Origin: a virus
Lineage: Duplodnaviria > Caudoviricetes
Strand: one strand, 5' to 3'
Length of the DNA: 58,299 bases
IMG/VR virus record: IMGVR_UViG_3300020060_000002
Coordinates: 1-58,299 of that record
Position 1 is the first letter of the stretch. Each line of letters begins with the position of its first letter. The notes below the pieces were generated by a model that saw only the letters and a program-made list of their open reading frames with translations, made no database searches and was not told the origin of the DNA. This document shows, piece by piece, positions 35,341 through 44,345 of the stretch. The translations under genes and the position numbers were made by a program.

Positions 35341-37784
35341 CCGACGATGTTGAGAACTCCGGCATGATCGCGCTAATCCCCGCGGACCCCGGCAGGCTGG
35401 GGATTCCCGGCGGCGAGCCGGTCGACGCGCTGCACTGCACGCTCGTGTTTCTCGGCGACAGGGTGACCGAGTGGTCCGATGATCGTGTCCAAGCCTTGCG
35501 CTCGATGACGCAGCAGGCTGCACAGGCGCGCGGTCCGATCGATGCCCGCGTGTTCAGTCACAGCGTGTGGAATGCCGACCGGGCACCCAATCCGCAAGGC
35601 GAGCCAACCAAGCCGTGCTTGGTGTACCAACTTCGCGACCTCGATGGTCAGCTCCAAAGCCTGCGTGAGGTGATCGTCGATGGCGCCAGGACCGTCATGG
35701 GCGCGGACCTGCCGAAGCAGTGGGATCCGCACTTGCCGCATGTGGCGGCCGCCTACGACGAGACCGACGCAGGGAAGCTGCGTACCTCACCGGGTCCGGT
35801 CGTGCTGGCCACGTTGCGCCTGGCGATCGGCACCGAGGTGCACGACTTCCCGCTGACCGAAAACGTCGAGCTAGCTCACGATGAAGGGAAGATGATGGCC
35901 AAGCCCGCACAGGCGGCGGCGCCCGAGGCGGGCGCGCCGGAAGTCACCGTTGACGAGGACACCGGCAAGCTCGAGCTGCACTGGCCCGTGCTGGTCATCG
36001 AGGGGATGCGCACTGGCGACGGCCGGTTCATCCCGCTGGGCTCGCTCGGGCACCGCGGCCTACCCCTGCCGGTGTCCGGCCAGATCAAGACCGACGAGGG
36101 CCACAAGGGCGCCGAGGTGTTCGGGTCCATCACCAAGCTGGAGCGCCACGAGGGGCCGACCGTCACGTCCAAGGAGACGGGCAAGCCGTTCCTCGAGGGC
36201 ACTGCGGTATGGGAGGCGTGGGGCGAGGGCAACGCCGAGAGCGAGCCGGGAAAGCTGGCGATGGACGGCTACCTGCGCGGTAACTCCGCGGACCTCGCCG
36301 ACACCACATCGGTGGAGGAGCTCGCCGACGAGGACGGCAAGACCACGGTGGAGTTGCGCGGCGGGAAGATAGCCGGTACCACCCTGGTTCCGGTCCCCGC
36401 GTTCGCCGACGGCTACGTGGAGGTCAACGGCGAGCGGGTCGAGTCCACCCCGGCCACCGAGGCGCTGGTCGCCGCTGTCTCGCCGGCCGACGCGTGGACG
36501 ATCGTCGATCTCCCGCCCGAGGAGGCCGTCACCGCATCCGGCGAGGAGCCGTTCAGGCCGTCGCTGTCGTTGTTCCAGCCGCGCCAGCTTCGGGGTATCA
36601 CTCCTCTGACGGTTGAGCAGCAGGCCGACGGCACCTATGCGGTGTACGGCCACGCCGCAGACTTCGCGCGCCCGCACATCTCGTTCACCGGCCGGCGAGT
36701 GCTGGCCCGGCCAAGCCCGTCGCGCTACGTCAAGGGGTTCAACACGGGCGCGCTGCGCGTGCTCGACGACGACGGCACGGAAAGGGTCGCGGCGGTGGGC
36801 CGGCTCACCTACGGGGATGGGCACGCCGACCTGTCGCTGGATCACGTGTCGGCCAAGAAGGTCTACGACGATCCCGATCGGGCGTGGGCGTGGGTGCAGG
36901 CGAGCGACGACGCGTACGGCATCCAGGTCAACGGCGTGATCATCCCCGGCACGCCGGACGAGCGGGTGACCAAGGCCCTCGCGCATCCGGTGTCTGGCGA
37001 CTGGCGGCCCATCGACGGGCAGCTGGAGCTGGTGGCCGCGTGCTGCGTCAACACCGCCGGCATCCCCGTCCCCCGTCAGCTGGTGGCCTCAGGTCAGGTC
37101 ATGGCGCTGGTCGCGGCCGGCGCGGTGGCGCCCGCGCAGGACAACCCTCTAGTGCTGGCGCAGTCCATCGCCGCGCGGGTGGTCGAGCAGATCAACGAGC
37201 AGATGAGTGGCGTACTCAACGCGTTGGGCGAGAAGCTCGGCACCAAGCTGGGGATCGTGCTCAACGAGGACGCGTTCAAGGAGCCCGACCCGCTCGAGGT
37301 CAAGCACGCCGCGCTGGCCACCCAGTTCACGCAGGCGTCGCTGATCGACGAGTTGATGGCTGAGCACCTTGTCCATGGCATGACCGGCTGGCAGCTCAAC
37401 CTCGTCGAGACCAGGGGTGCGCTTGGACTTGCCGACCGTGGCCTACTCAACGAGCTGACCGCGTGGCACCGAACCGACGTGGCAGCCGAGCAGGAGTTCT
37501 CCCACGATGTGACCTGGCTCGTCGATCTCGAAGAGCGCGGCGAGCTGGCCAACTGGGTGTCCAAGGCCGGTGGCCTCCCGTCCTACATCAAGCGCATCGA
37601 GAAGCACCTGATCGGCAAGGGCATGACCGAGTCCCAGGCCATCGCCACCGCGGTCAACGCGGCCAAGAAGATGTGCACATCCGGGGACCTGAACTTCCCG
37701 GGGTCCCAGCAGGTCAACCCGGGCAGCAAGGCTGAGGCGTGCGCCGCGGTCGCCCAGTGGAACGCCAAGAAGGCGCAGGCGTAA
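35337..37784 (+). CDS. 2H phosphoesterase / capsid maturation protease fusion
   Basis: HCTLVFLG and PHVAAAY (2H); EGMRTGDGR...TLVPVPAF and SGDWR (cluster-B-type head assembly region). Confidence 0.7.
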   Translation: MTDDVENSGMIALIPADPGRLGIPGGEPVDALHCTLVFLGDRVTEWSDDRVQALRSMTQQAAQARGPIDARVFSHSVWNADRAPNPQGEPTKPCLVYQLRDLDGQLQSLREVIVDGARTVMGADLPKQWDPHLPHVAAAYDETDAGKLRTSPGPVVLATLRLAIGTEVHDFPLTENVELAHDEGKMMAKPAQAAAPEAGAPEVTVDEDTGKLELHWPVLVIEGMRTGDGRFIPLGSLGHRGLPLPVSGQIKTDEGHKGAEVFGSITKLERHEGPTVTSKETGKPFLEGTAVWEAWGEGNAESEPGKLAMDGYLRGNSADLADTTSVEELADEDGKTTVELRGGKIAGTTLVPVPAFADGYVEVNGERVESTPATEALVAAVSPADAWTIVDLPPEEAVTASGEEPFRPSLSLFQPRQLRGITPLTVEQQADGTYAVYGHAADFARPHISFTGRRVLARPSPSRYVKGFNTGALRVLDDDGTERVAAVGRLTYGDGHADLSLDHVSAKKVYDDPDRAWAWVQASDDAYGIQVNGVIIPGTPDERVTKALAHPVSGDWRPIDGQLELVAACCVNTAGIPVPRQLVASGQVMALVAAGAVAPAQDNPLVLAQSIAARVVEQINEQMSGVLNALGEKLGTKLGIVLNEDAFKEPDPLEVKHAALATQFTQASLIDELMAEHLVHGMTGWQLNLVETRGALGLADRGLLNELTAWHRTDVAAEQEFSHDVTWLVDLEERGELANWVSKAGGLPSYIKRIEKHLIGKGMTESQAIATAVNAAKKMCTSGDLNFPGSQQVNPGSKAEACAAVAQWNAKKAQA

Positions 37785-37787
37785 CCA

Positions 37788-38201
37788 GTGACACCGGCGA
37801 GCCGACATCGGATCGCCATGTCCTGGGTGCTCCTGGCCGTGCAGGTCGTCGTGGCCGTACTGCACGGCTTCCCGAGCCTCGTGTATCGGCCCAACCCCCG
37901 GACGGCCCGGGTGGTCGAGTTCATCAACTCGCTGGGACCGTGGTGGATTGTCGCGTTCGGACTGTCCGCCACGGTCCTGCTGGTGTCGCTCTGGCGGCGC
38001 CGATACCGGCATCTCGGCCACCTCGCGTGCATGTTCGCGTGGGTCGTGTTCGCCGTTGCCTTGTGGTTCGGCGCGCTGGCATCGCGCCCCATCGGACCCA
38101 TCCTGTTCGCCTGCGTGGCGACCGGACTGGTGCTGATGCACCTGGTGATAGCGACCGCCTACGCCGACGATCCGCACGAGGGGAGCCACGGTGAACGCTG
38201 A
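37788..38201 (+). CDS. Membrane protein (about 4 TM)
   Basis: Four hydrophobic segments. Confidence 0.65.
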   Translation: MTPASRHRIAMSWVLLAVQVVVAVLHGFPSLVYRPNPRTARVVEFINSLGPWWIVAFGLSATVLLVSLWRRRYRHLGHLACMFAWVVFAVALWFGALASRPIGPILFACVATGLVLMHLVIATAYADDPHEGSHGER

Positions 38202-38547
38202 GGTAGCCCAGCAGGCGAGTGGCATCGGTGCGCTCGGCACGGTGGTGTCCGCGCTATCTGGCGTGGTGGCCGTGGTGCTGGTGGTGGTGACGTGGTACGT
38301 GAGGCGCCAGAGCAAGGAGGCCCGGGAGGCTCGTCAGCTCAAGGAGACCAACCTGTCCGCGCTGCGATGGCACTATCGGGTGTCGACCCTGGCGGCGCTG
38401 CGCGGGTGGGACACTGACCCGGCCTGGCCTGCGACGCCGCGTGAGCTGACCGTCGAGTACCTGCTGGGCCAGGCCGAGCAGGACCCGGCGAGCAACCTGG
38501 TGCAGCTGGCTGAGGCGGCGCAGGAGCTACGGAAGGGGACGGCGTGA
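38191..38547 (+). CDS. Membrane protein (1 TM)
   Basis: N-terminal TM then basic stretch. Confidence 0.6.
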   Translation: MNAEVAQQASGIGALGTVVSALSGVVAVVLVVVTWYVRRQSKEAREARQLKETNLSALRWHYRVSTLAALRGWDTDPAWPATPRELTVEYLLGQAEQDPASNLVQLAEAAQELRKGTA

Positions 38548-39344
38548 AGCGGAGAAGCTGGCGCCCGTCGGCATGGATGGCGCTTCCCGTGATCGCTGTG
38601 TTGATGCTGGCGATTGCGGTCGGGGCCGTGCTGATTACCAACGCCCTGCTCGACGAGACGGACAGCAAGAACGCGGTGGGCGCGGTCGCCGTCGAGCAGG
38701 CGGTCACCATCGATCAGCTGTGCCGGGCCGGCGGCGAGGTCGGCGCGGCACTGGAGGTTGCTGGGCAGTGCGATAAGGCGCAGGAGGTGCAGGAGGTGGT
38801 GGAGTCCGCGGGCGCCTCGCCGGCCACCACGGTGATCTCCGCACCCCCGGACCCTGAGGAGCTGATGCGGTTCGTCCGCACGGCAGTGGGCGAGTACTGC
38901 GCGGGGCGCAATGACTGCCGGCCGGACACCGCGCTGCTGATTCAGACGGTCGCCGAGTATCTGACCGCCAACCCTCCGGCGTCCGGTCGAGGCCCGACTT
39001 TCGAGGAGGTGGCGGCCGGCGCGCGGACGGTGCTCACGGCCGGCGCGGATCTATTCCGCGGCGAGCGCGGCGCGGACGGCGAGCGCGGGCCGGGGCCGAC
39101 CGACGATCAGGTGGCAGCTGCGGTGGTGGCGTTCTGCGGCGCGAACGGCGAGTGCCGTGGTGCGCAGGGGCCGCAGGGGATCGGCGTGCTGGAGTCGTAT
39201 TTCGAGCGCAACTCGGCGGGTGCCTGCGAGGCGGTGACGACCTACCACAACCCGGCGACGGGCGAGTCCCGCACGGAGCGCCGAGCCGCCGGTGATGCCG
39301 CCTGCGCCCCGCTTGAGGATGGTGGGATTCTCCCTGGCGGCTGA
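38544..39344 (+). CDS. Membrane-anchored Cys-paired protein with short collagen-like repeats
   Basis: N-terminal TM; GERGADGERGP, GAQGPQG; paired Cys. Confidence 0.65.
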   Translation: MKRRSWRPSAWMALPVIAVLMLAIAVGAVLITNALLDETDSKNAVGAVAVEQAVTIDQLCRAGGEVGAALEVAGQCDKAQEVQEVVESAGASPATTVISAPPDPEELMRFVRTAVGEYCAGRNDCRPDTALLIQTVAEYLTANPPASGRGPTFEEVAAGARTVLTAGADLFRGERGADGERGPGPTDDQVAAAVVAFCGANGECRGAQGPQGIGVLESYFERNSAGACEAVTTYHNPATGESRTERRAAGDAACAPLEDGGILPGG

Positions 39345-39347
39345 GGC

Positions 39348-39377
39348 TTGTGCCCCCCCATATTATGGTGGTACATT
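39348..39377 (+). promoter_or_regulatory. Conserved palindromic operator-promoter, copy 9
   Basis: TTGTGC-18nt-TACATT; ATG at 39384. Confidence 0.85.
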
Positions 39378-39383
39378 CTGCCT

Positions 39384-39719
39384 ATGGAACACACCACCAC
39401 GGGCCTTGCGATCGATAACCGCACGGGCGCCGAGCGCGCTTACGACATCGTCTCCGCCTGTGGCTTCATGCACGAGGACGAGCTGCTGCGCACCGCGCTC
39501 CCCGAGGGCAACGGTTACGACCGTGCCGGCATCCACGCCGACCTCCAGCGTGGCCCGGTCACCAGCGGGACGCTGATCATGGTGTGGACCACCTACGGTC
39601 ACCCCTTCTACCTCACCCCACTGCACGCACTTAAGATCGCCGACCGGCTCACGTGGGTCGAGGACAAGGGCGAGATGGTGCCCGTGGTCCACGGTGCGAC
39701 CGACCTGGTTATCGACTGA
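39384..39719 (+). CDS. Hypothetical protein (leaderless)
   Basis: ATG 36 nt after promoter start. Confidence 0.7.
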   Translation: MEHTTTGLAIDNRTGAERAYDIVSACGFMHEDELLRTALPEGNGYDRAGIHADLQRGPVTSGTLIMVWTTYGHPFYLTPLHALKIADRLTWVEDKGEMVPVVHGATDLVID

Positions 39720-39824
39720 TACACCAGGTGCCTCTTTGGTGCTTGGCGACGCATCACGCCCCCGGCCGGACTCCTCCCGACCGGGCACGTTTCCACGTGC
39801 TCTGAAACACTCCTCAATTGGGAC

Positions 39825-39854
39825 TTGTGCCCCCCTGTATTGGGGTGGTACATT
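39825..39854 (+). promoter_or_regulatory. Conserved palindromic operator-promoter, copy 10
   Basis: TTGTGC-18nt-TACATT; ATG at 39861. Confidence 0.85.
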
Positions 39855-39860
39855 CTACTC

Positions 39861-40070
39861 ATGACGAACAGCACGCAGGGCGCCAAGGTTGCCAACACCC
39901 GCAACGGCTGGGCCATCGCGCTCATCACCAGCACCTACCGCAATGGCACCGACTGCTACGAGGTCGCTCGGGTCTCCCCCGCGAACCAGACCGTGACGAT
40001 CCACCGCACCGGCGACTACCAGAAGGCTCGCCAGCTCGCCAACCGCGAGTACGCGGCCGACAGGGCCTGA
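39861..40070 (+). CDS. Hypothetical protein (leaderless)
   Basis: ATG 36 nt after promoter start; followed by hairpin. Confidence 0.7.
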   Translation: MTNSTQGAKVANTRNGWAIALITSTYRNGTDCYEVARVSPANQTVTIHRTGDYQKARQLANREYAADRA

Positions 40071-40175
40071 GGGGCAAGCGGAGGGCCGGCGCCACGTAGC
40101 CGAGCCCTCCACGGTGGCGGGCCGTTTTCAAGTACGCTCCCGGGGTGTTCCACTACTCCACCTGGAGGCGGCGCG

Positions 40176-40451
40176 ATGCCACAGAAGTACCGAAAGAAGC
40201 AAGTCGAGACCACGATCGAGGCTGTCCGCCGGACCGGCCGCAACCTCGGTGAGCTGTGGGACCGGTTCGGCACGGCCGGTATCTACGGCCCGACGGAGAA
40301 GAACTCGACTGCCCTCCTGCTGACCACGATCGATGGCGTGCAGGTGCCATGTCCGCTCGGACACTGGGTCATGCCCGAGCGGATCCTCGGTCGGTTCTAC
40401 CCGTGTGATCCCGGCGTGTTCGCCGAGCGCTACGAGGCGATCCCCGAATGA
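40176..40451 (+). CDS. Conserved phage protein (KYRKK...FYPCxP...YE, PGDYG-like family)
   Basis: KYRKK..IEAV...TTIDG...GHWV...GRFYPCDPGVFAERYE. Confidence 0.65.
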   Translation: MPQKYRKKQVETTIEAVRRTGRNLGELWDRFGTAGIYGPTEKNSTALLLTTIDGVQVPCPLGHWVMPERILGRFYPCDPGVFAERYEAIPE

Positions 40452-40873
40452 CCAGGCAGAGGATCGACGACCCGCACACGCCGGGGCTGTACGTGCGGGT
40501 CAACTGGCGCAAGCCGGACGAGATGCACGAGGACGACCTCCCGTATGTGCAGCTCAGCACGCACAACGAGCGCGCTGACGACCCCGGGAACACGTTGCTT
40601 CTCGAGGCGCACGGCCTCCTATCATTCATGGCGTCGGTGACTCGATCGGGCGAGGCGCTGTCCGTCGAGGACGAGGAGCGATTGGCCGGGTGGTTCGAGC
40701 GGCTCGGCAAGTTCCGTTCAGAGCTGACTGGAACTTACGTTCACCTCGAGCCGGCGACCATGCGCGACGTACTCAAGACGCTGCACAAGGCCAACCGGCA
40801 GACGTGGCCACCGGCCCTCGCCTCGATCCCCACTCAGGTGGCCTTGGAGCCCGACGACCTCGACCCGCACTGA
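40448..40873 (+). CDS. Hypothetical protein
   Basis: ATGA-coupled. Confidence 0.6.
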   Translation: MTRQRIDDPHTPGLYVRVNWRKPDEMHEDDLPYVQLSTHNERADDPGNTLLLEAHGLLSFMASVTRSGEALSVEDEERLAGWFERLGKFRSELTGTYVHLEPATMRDVLKTLHKANRQTWPPALASIPTQVALEPDDLDPH

Positions 40874-40914
40874 CCGCAGGGTAGGATCGACACGTTCCGA
40901 GGTCCTCCATCCAT

Positions 40915-40950
40915 GCGAAACCCCCGCGATGACCACCGCGGGGGTTTCGT
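40915..40950 (+). terminator. Intrinsic terminator
   Basis: GCGAAACCCCCGCG-loop-CGCGGGGGTTTCGT. Confidence 0.75.
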
Positions 40951-41009
40951 GTCTATCCGGACGGGGATCTTGGCTCCACTGAGCCACATTCGGATAGACA
41001 TGTGGACAG

Positions 41010-41327
41010 TCAGCGGTCCGGCATGGGCTCGATCTCGTCGGGGTCCAGGTCCGACTTGAGTGAGCCCTCCCGGTCGTCCCGTCCGAGGGTGGGCGCAGGG
41101 CTCTCCTCGTCCGGCGCGGGATGGACGCCGCTCAGTAACCGGCCGCCGGTGTGCGCCGCCAACTCCAGGTACTGCACCACCTGGAGGACGCCGAGGTCGT
41201 CATCCTGTGGTGACCTCGCGCCGATCTCGTGTGCCGCTCGTCGACAGGCGTCCAGCACCACGGCCGCCATGGTTCCGCGCGGCACGTCCACCGCATCGAA
41301 CCGGGCGTTAATGTCTGCCTCACCCAT
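41010..41327 (-). CDS. Hypothetical protein
   Basis: GAGGTG RBS on - strand; fills gap between terminator and promoter copy 11. Confidence 0.55.
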   Translation of the reverse strand: MGEADINARFDAVDVPRGTMAAVVLDACRRAAHEIGARSPQDDDLGVLQVVQYLELAAHTGGRLLSGVHPAPDEESPAPTLGRDDREGSLKSDLDPDEIEPMPDR

Positions 41328-41342
41328 GTTTGCTCACCTCTC

Positions 41343-41371
41343 TTGTATACCCCGGGACTGGGGGGTAACAT
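41343..41371 (+). promoter_or_regulatory. Conserved palindromic operator-promoter, copy 11
   Basis: TTGTAT-17nt-TAACAT. Confidence 0.8.
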
Positions 41372-41408
41372 CTGGGAAACTGTACCGGAAACCGGGAGGA
41401 CCCCGCTC

Positions 41409-41897
41409 ATGCTGCCCATCGTGATTATCGGCGCCGACGCTACCGTGGTCGACGCGTTCGCGGCCTGGCACGACACCGGCCGCCGCGTGCTGAACTTCCC
41501 GACCGCCGAGGCCGCACACTTCGCGCTCACCGACGACCTGGACCACGATGGGTTCAAGGGCCAGACCTTCGAGGGCACCGGGCCGGGTATCGAGCTGAGC
41601 AAGCAGGACGAGTGGCAGTGCACCGTGGTCTACGGCGTCGAGGCGTTCGGCCCGGCGGTCACCGGCAAGCCCGAGCTGCTCCCGCACACCGGCTGGACCA
41701 TCGCGGCCCACCATGACATCGACGGTGACCCGGGCGCGCCCCGCCGCATGGTGGACGGGACGCCGCAGGGGGTAGACCCGTCCACCATCGCCTGGCAGGC
41801 CGCCATCAAGCTCGGCGCGCACATGCTCATCGACGTGAGCCGGCCGGGCACAATGGAGACCATCGGCGCGCACCTCTCGTCTCGGACCTACCCGTGA
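41409..41897 (+). CDS. Hypothetical protein
   Basis: GGGAGGA RBS. Confidence 0.65.
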   Translation: MLPIVIIGADATVVDAFAAWHDTGRRVLNFPTAEAAHFALTDDLDHDGFKGQTFEGTGPGIELSKQDEWQCTVVYGVEAFGPAVTGKPELLPHTGWTIAAHHDIDGDPGAPRRMVDGTPQGVDPSTIAWQAAIKLGAHMLIDVSRPGTMETIGAHLSSRTYP

Positions 41898-42100
41898 GCG
41901 CCCCCGGTCCGATGCAGGCGAGCAGCAGGGGCAGCGAGTTCGTGCCGATGCTCGGCATTGAGCAGACGCTGGTGGACATCATGATGGACCACCTCGAGCC
42001 GGTCCATGACGGTGACGGCGGAGCGATGATCGTCGGCCAGGAGGAGTGTGCCAACCAGATTGTCCAGCGCCTGCGCGAGATGGGGATCGAGCTGCCGTGA
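41894..42100 (+). CDS. Hypothetical protein
   Basis: GTGA-coupled. Confidence 0.55.
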   Translation: MSAPGPMQASSRGSEFVPMLGIEQTLVDIMMDHLEPVHDGDGGAMIVGQEECANQIVQRLREMGIELP

Positions 42101-42279
42101 GTGGACGCAAAATCGAGCTGTGCATGGTCGAGTGGTTCCTGGACGACGGGCACTGGGAGGTGTCGGCGCGCACGGAGGGCGCCTACATGACTGGTGACCC
42201 CTGGTCCACGTTCGTCGGCAACGAGGGCGAGCTGGCCGACCTCCTGGCCCTCGCGCACGACGTGATGACGGGAGGCTGA
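42097..42279 (+). CDS. Hypothetical protein
   Basis: GTGA-coupled. Confidence 0.55.
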   Translation: MSGRKIELCMVEWFLDDGHWEVSARTEGAYMTGDPWSTFVGNEGELADLLALAHDVMTGG

Positions 42280-42280
42280 C

Positions 42281-42625
42281 ATGCCGCTCAAGGACTACTC
42301 GACCAAGATCGCCGCCAGCAAGACGGCGGCCGAAGTCCAAGCCGTGCTCGCCAAGGCGGGCGCCACCGATGTGGCCATGCGCTACCGCGACGGCGAGCCG
42401 ATCGCCATCGCCTTCATCGCGCCCACCCCGTTCGGCCCGCGCGAGTTCACCCTGCCGGCCGACCCCGAGGCGGTTCAGCGGGTGTTGCGCAAGCAGCGGG
42501 TGCAGGCCAGTTTCCAGACGCTCGAGCACTCGCGGCGGGTGGCGTGGCGGATCGTCAAGGACTGGATCGAGGCCCAGTACAGCGCCAACCAGCAGCTCTT
42601 GCTCGAGTCGGGAAAGGGGCAGTGA
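42281..42625 (+). CDS. Conserved phage hypothetical protein
   Basis: GGAGG RBS; RVAWRIVKDWIEAQ motif. Confidence 0.65.
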   Translation: MPLKDYSTKIAASKTAAEVQAVLAKAGATDVAMRYRDGEPIAIAFIAPTPFGPREFTLPADPEAVQRVLRKQRVQASFQTLEHSRRVAWRIVKDWIEAQYSANQQLLLESGKGQ

Positions 42626-42628
42626 GCG

Positions 42629-43030
42629 ATGGAGTTCCAGGCGGGTAGGCGGCCCGAGCCGAAACCGAAGTTCCGGCGCAGGAGCACACCAGACGATGGG
42701 ATCGCGCGGTGCTCGTTCTGCACGGAGAAGATCCTGTGGGCGTTCCCCGTGCCCAACCCGCGCGCGCGCACCGAGGCCGGGCGCAACCCGAAACCGATGC
42801 CGTTGGACTACGCGCCCGACAAACTCGGGCGCTACACGGTGTACCCCGAGGCGCCGAGCGCTGATCACCCGCAGGGCTGCGTGCGCGTGGGGGAACTGAC
42901 TCGCGGCCAGGCGCCCGGGTGGCTGGCCGCCGGCAAGCCCACGTATCAGCGGCACTTCCGGACCTGCGCCAAGAAGGAGGAGTGGGGGAAGCTGGGGAAG
43001 CCTTACGGCACGGCGACGATCAAGAAGTGA
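42629..43030 (+). CDS. Hypothetical Zn-binding protein
   Basis: CSFC...MPLD...HFRTC. Confidence 0.6.
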   Translation: MEFQAGRRPEPKPKFRRRSTPDDGIARCSFCTEKILWAFPVPNPRARTEAGRNPKPMPLDYAPDKLGRYTVYPEAPSADHPQGCVRVGELTRGQAPGWLAAGKPTYQRHFRTCAKKEEWGKLGKPYGTATIKK

Positions 43031-43117
43031 GCCCGCCCCCCGCCGACTGGTGGTCACGCACCCGGTCGGCGGGGGGCGATCCATGTCGTGACAACGATCG
43101 ACAACAGGAGGTAACGA

Positions 43118-43366
43118 ATGGCAACGACTCCCGAGCAACTGCTGGACATGCTGAACCAGCAGGGTCAGCCGGGCACGTCGGTCCTCATCGGCGAGCTGTA
43201 CGGGACATTCGGCTGGCGGATCTTCGAGAGCGCCGAGGTGGGCATGGTGCTCGAGGTCTCCTGGTTGCCCGACGGCGAGGGCGGTGTAACCGAGTCGTCC
43301 CGTTGGGTGGTACGCAAAATCGAGGAGCGCCCTGAGGTCCCCGACGCGCCCGAGGACGAGGCATGA
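43118..43366 (+). CDS. Hypothetical protein
   Basis: AGGAGGT RBS. Confidence 0.65.
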   Translation: MATTPEQLLDMLNQQGQPGTSVLIGELYGTFGWRIFESAEVGMVLEVSWLPDGEGGVTESSRWVVRKIEERPEVPDAPEDEA

Positions 43367-43569
43367 CCGAGGAGCCCTGTCTGGTCGGTGCGGCCGGGGT
43401 GGTGTGGCACCGCTGGACGCCGATCGCGTTCATGGGTATGCCGGGCGAGCACGTCGAACACCTGCCCGCCGTGACCGCGCGCGTGGTGGAGGTATGCCCG
43501 GCGTGCAAGCAGTGGCGTGTCCAGGAGTACTCCCGCCATCTGGCACCGTCCCCCGTGGACCCCGGGTAA
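43363..43569 (+). CDS. Hypothetical protein
   Basis: ATGA-coupled. Confidence 0.5.
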   Translation: MTEEPCLVGAAGVVWHRWTPIAFMGMPGEHVEHLPAVTARVVEVCPACKQWRVQEYSRHLAPSPVDPG

Positions 43570-43605
43570 CATCCGGCCCAAGAGGATCAACTTTGGAGGC
43601 ATCCC

Positions 43606-44187
43606 GTGTACGCAACCCCGGCCGACGACCGGCCACGAATGATCGAGTGGGAGGCCGGCACCGACATGGATAGCGTGCCGGTGTCGATCTCTTGGTGGCA
43701 GCCGGCGACCATCGCCTACGGCGGCCGGGACAACGCCACGGTCGTGATCGACTCCAAGGGTGAGATGTCGGTGTTCCACGGGCTCTCCCAGGTGGGCGCC
43801 GCTCCCGCCCCGTACCCGGCACAGGGACCGACGTGGCCCGAGTTCTGGCCGCTGGGCATGGTCGCCGACCCGGCCGCATGGTCGCACCGCATCCGCGACA
43901 CCGGCTGCATGATTGCCATGGTCGACAACCTGTACGGCCTGGCGATGACCGAGGAGTTCACCGAACACATCCGGTGGAAGCTGGCTAGTGCGTTCACGCT
44001 GCTCAAGTTCTATCCGCCGCTCGGGCTCGGGTTCGATGGCACCGAGGTCGAGTTCGAGGATGGCGTGCAGGTGCTCGAGGAACGCGCCGCCCGTCGGGTC
44101 AAGCGGGCACTGCTCGAGCGGCTGGCCGCCGAGCGTCGAGTGCTGCGTGGCGTCTCCGATCGGATCGAGGCCCACTGGGGTCGCTGA
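43606..44187 (+). CDS. Hypothetical protein
   Basis: GGAGG RBS, GTG start. Confidence 0.6.
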   Translation: MYATPADDRPRMIEWEAGTDMDSVPVSISWWQPATIAYGGRDNATVVIDSKGEMSVFHGLSQVGAAPAPYPAQGPTWPEFWPLGMVADPAAWSHRIRDTGCMIAMVDNLYGLAMTEEFTEHIRWKLASAFTLLKFYPPLGLGFDGTEVEFEDGVQVLEERAARRVKRALLERLAAERRVLRGVSDRIEAHWGR

Positions 44188-44345
44188 TCGATACGCGGAA
44201 CGCGATTCCCGCAAGTCCGATGCCCTGTCCCCGTTACCGTGCGGGCGCGGGGCATCGGTGCGTTAGCAGCCCTAGGCGCTACGCACCAGCCGACTCCAAG
44301 TCGCCACTCGCCGCCCTGTAACCGTGACGAGTCGAGAGGTGTCCC

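Noticed and set aside
1131-41371. Repeated motif as CRISPR repeats or integron attC sites
   Set aside because: Copies are dispersed and degenerate with promoter geometry; there is no regular spacing, cas gene or integrase.
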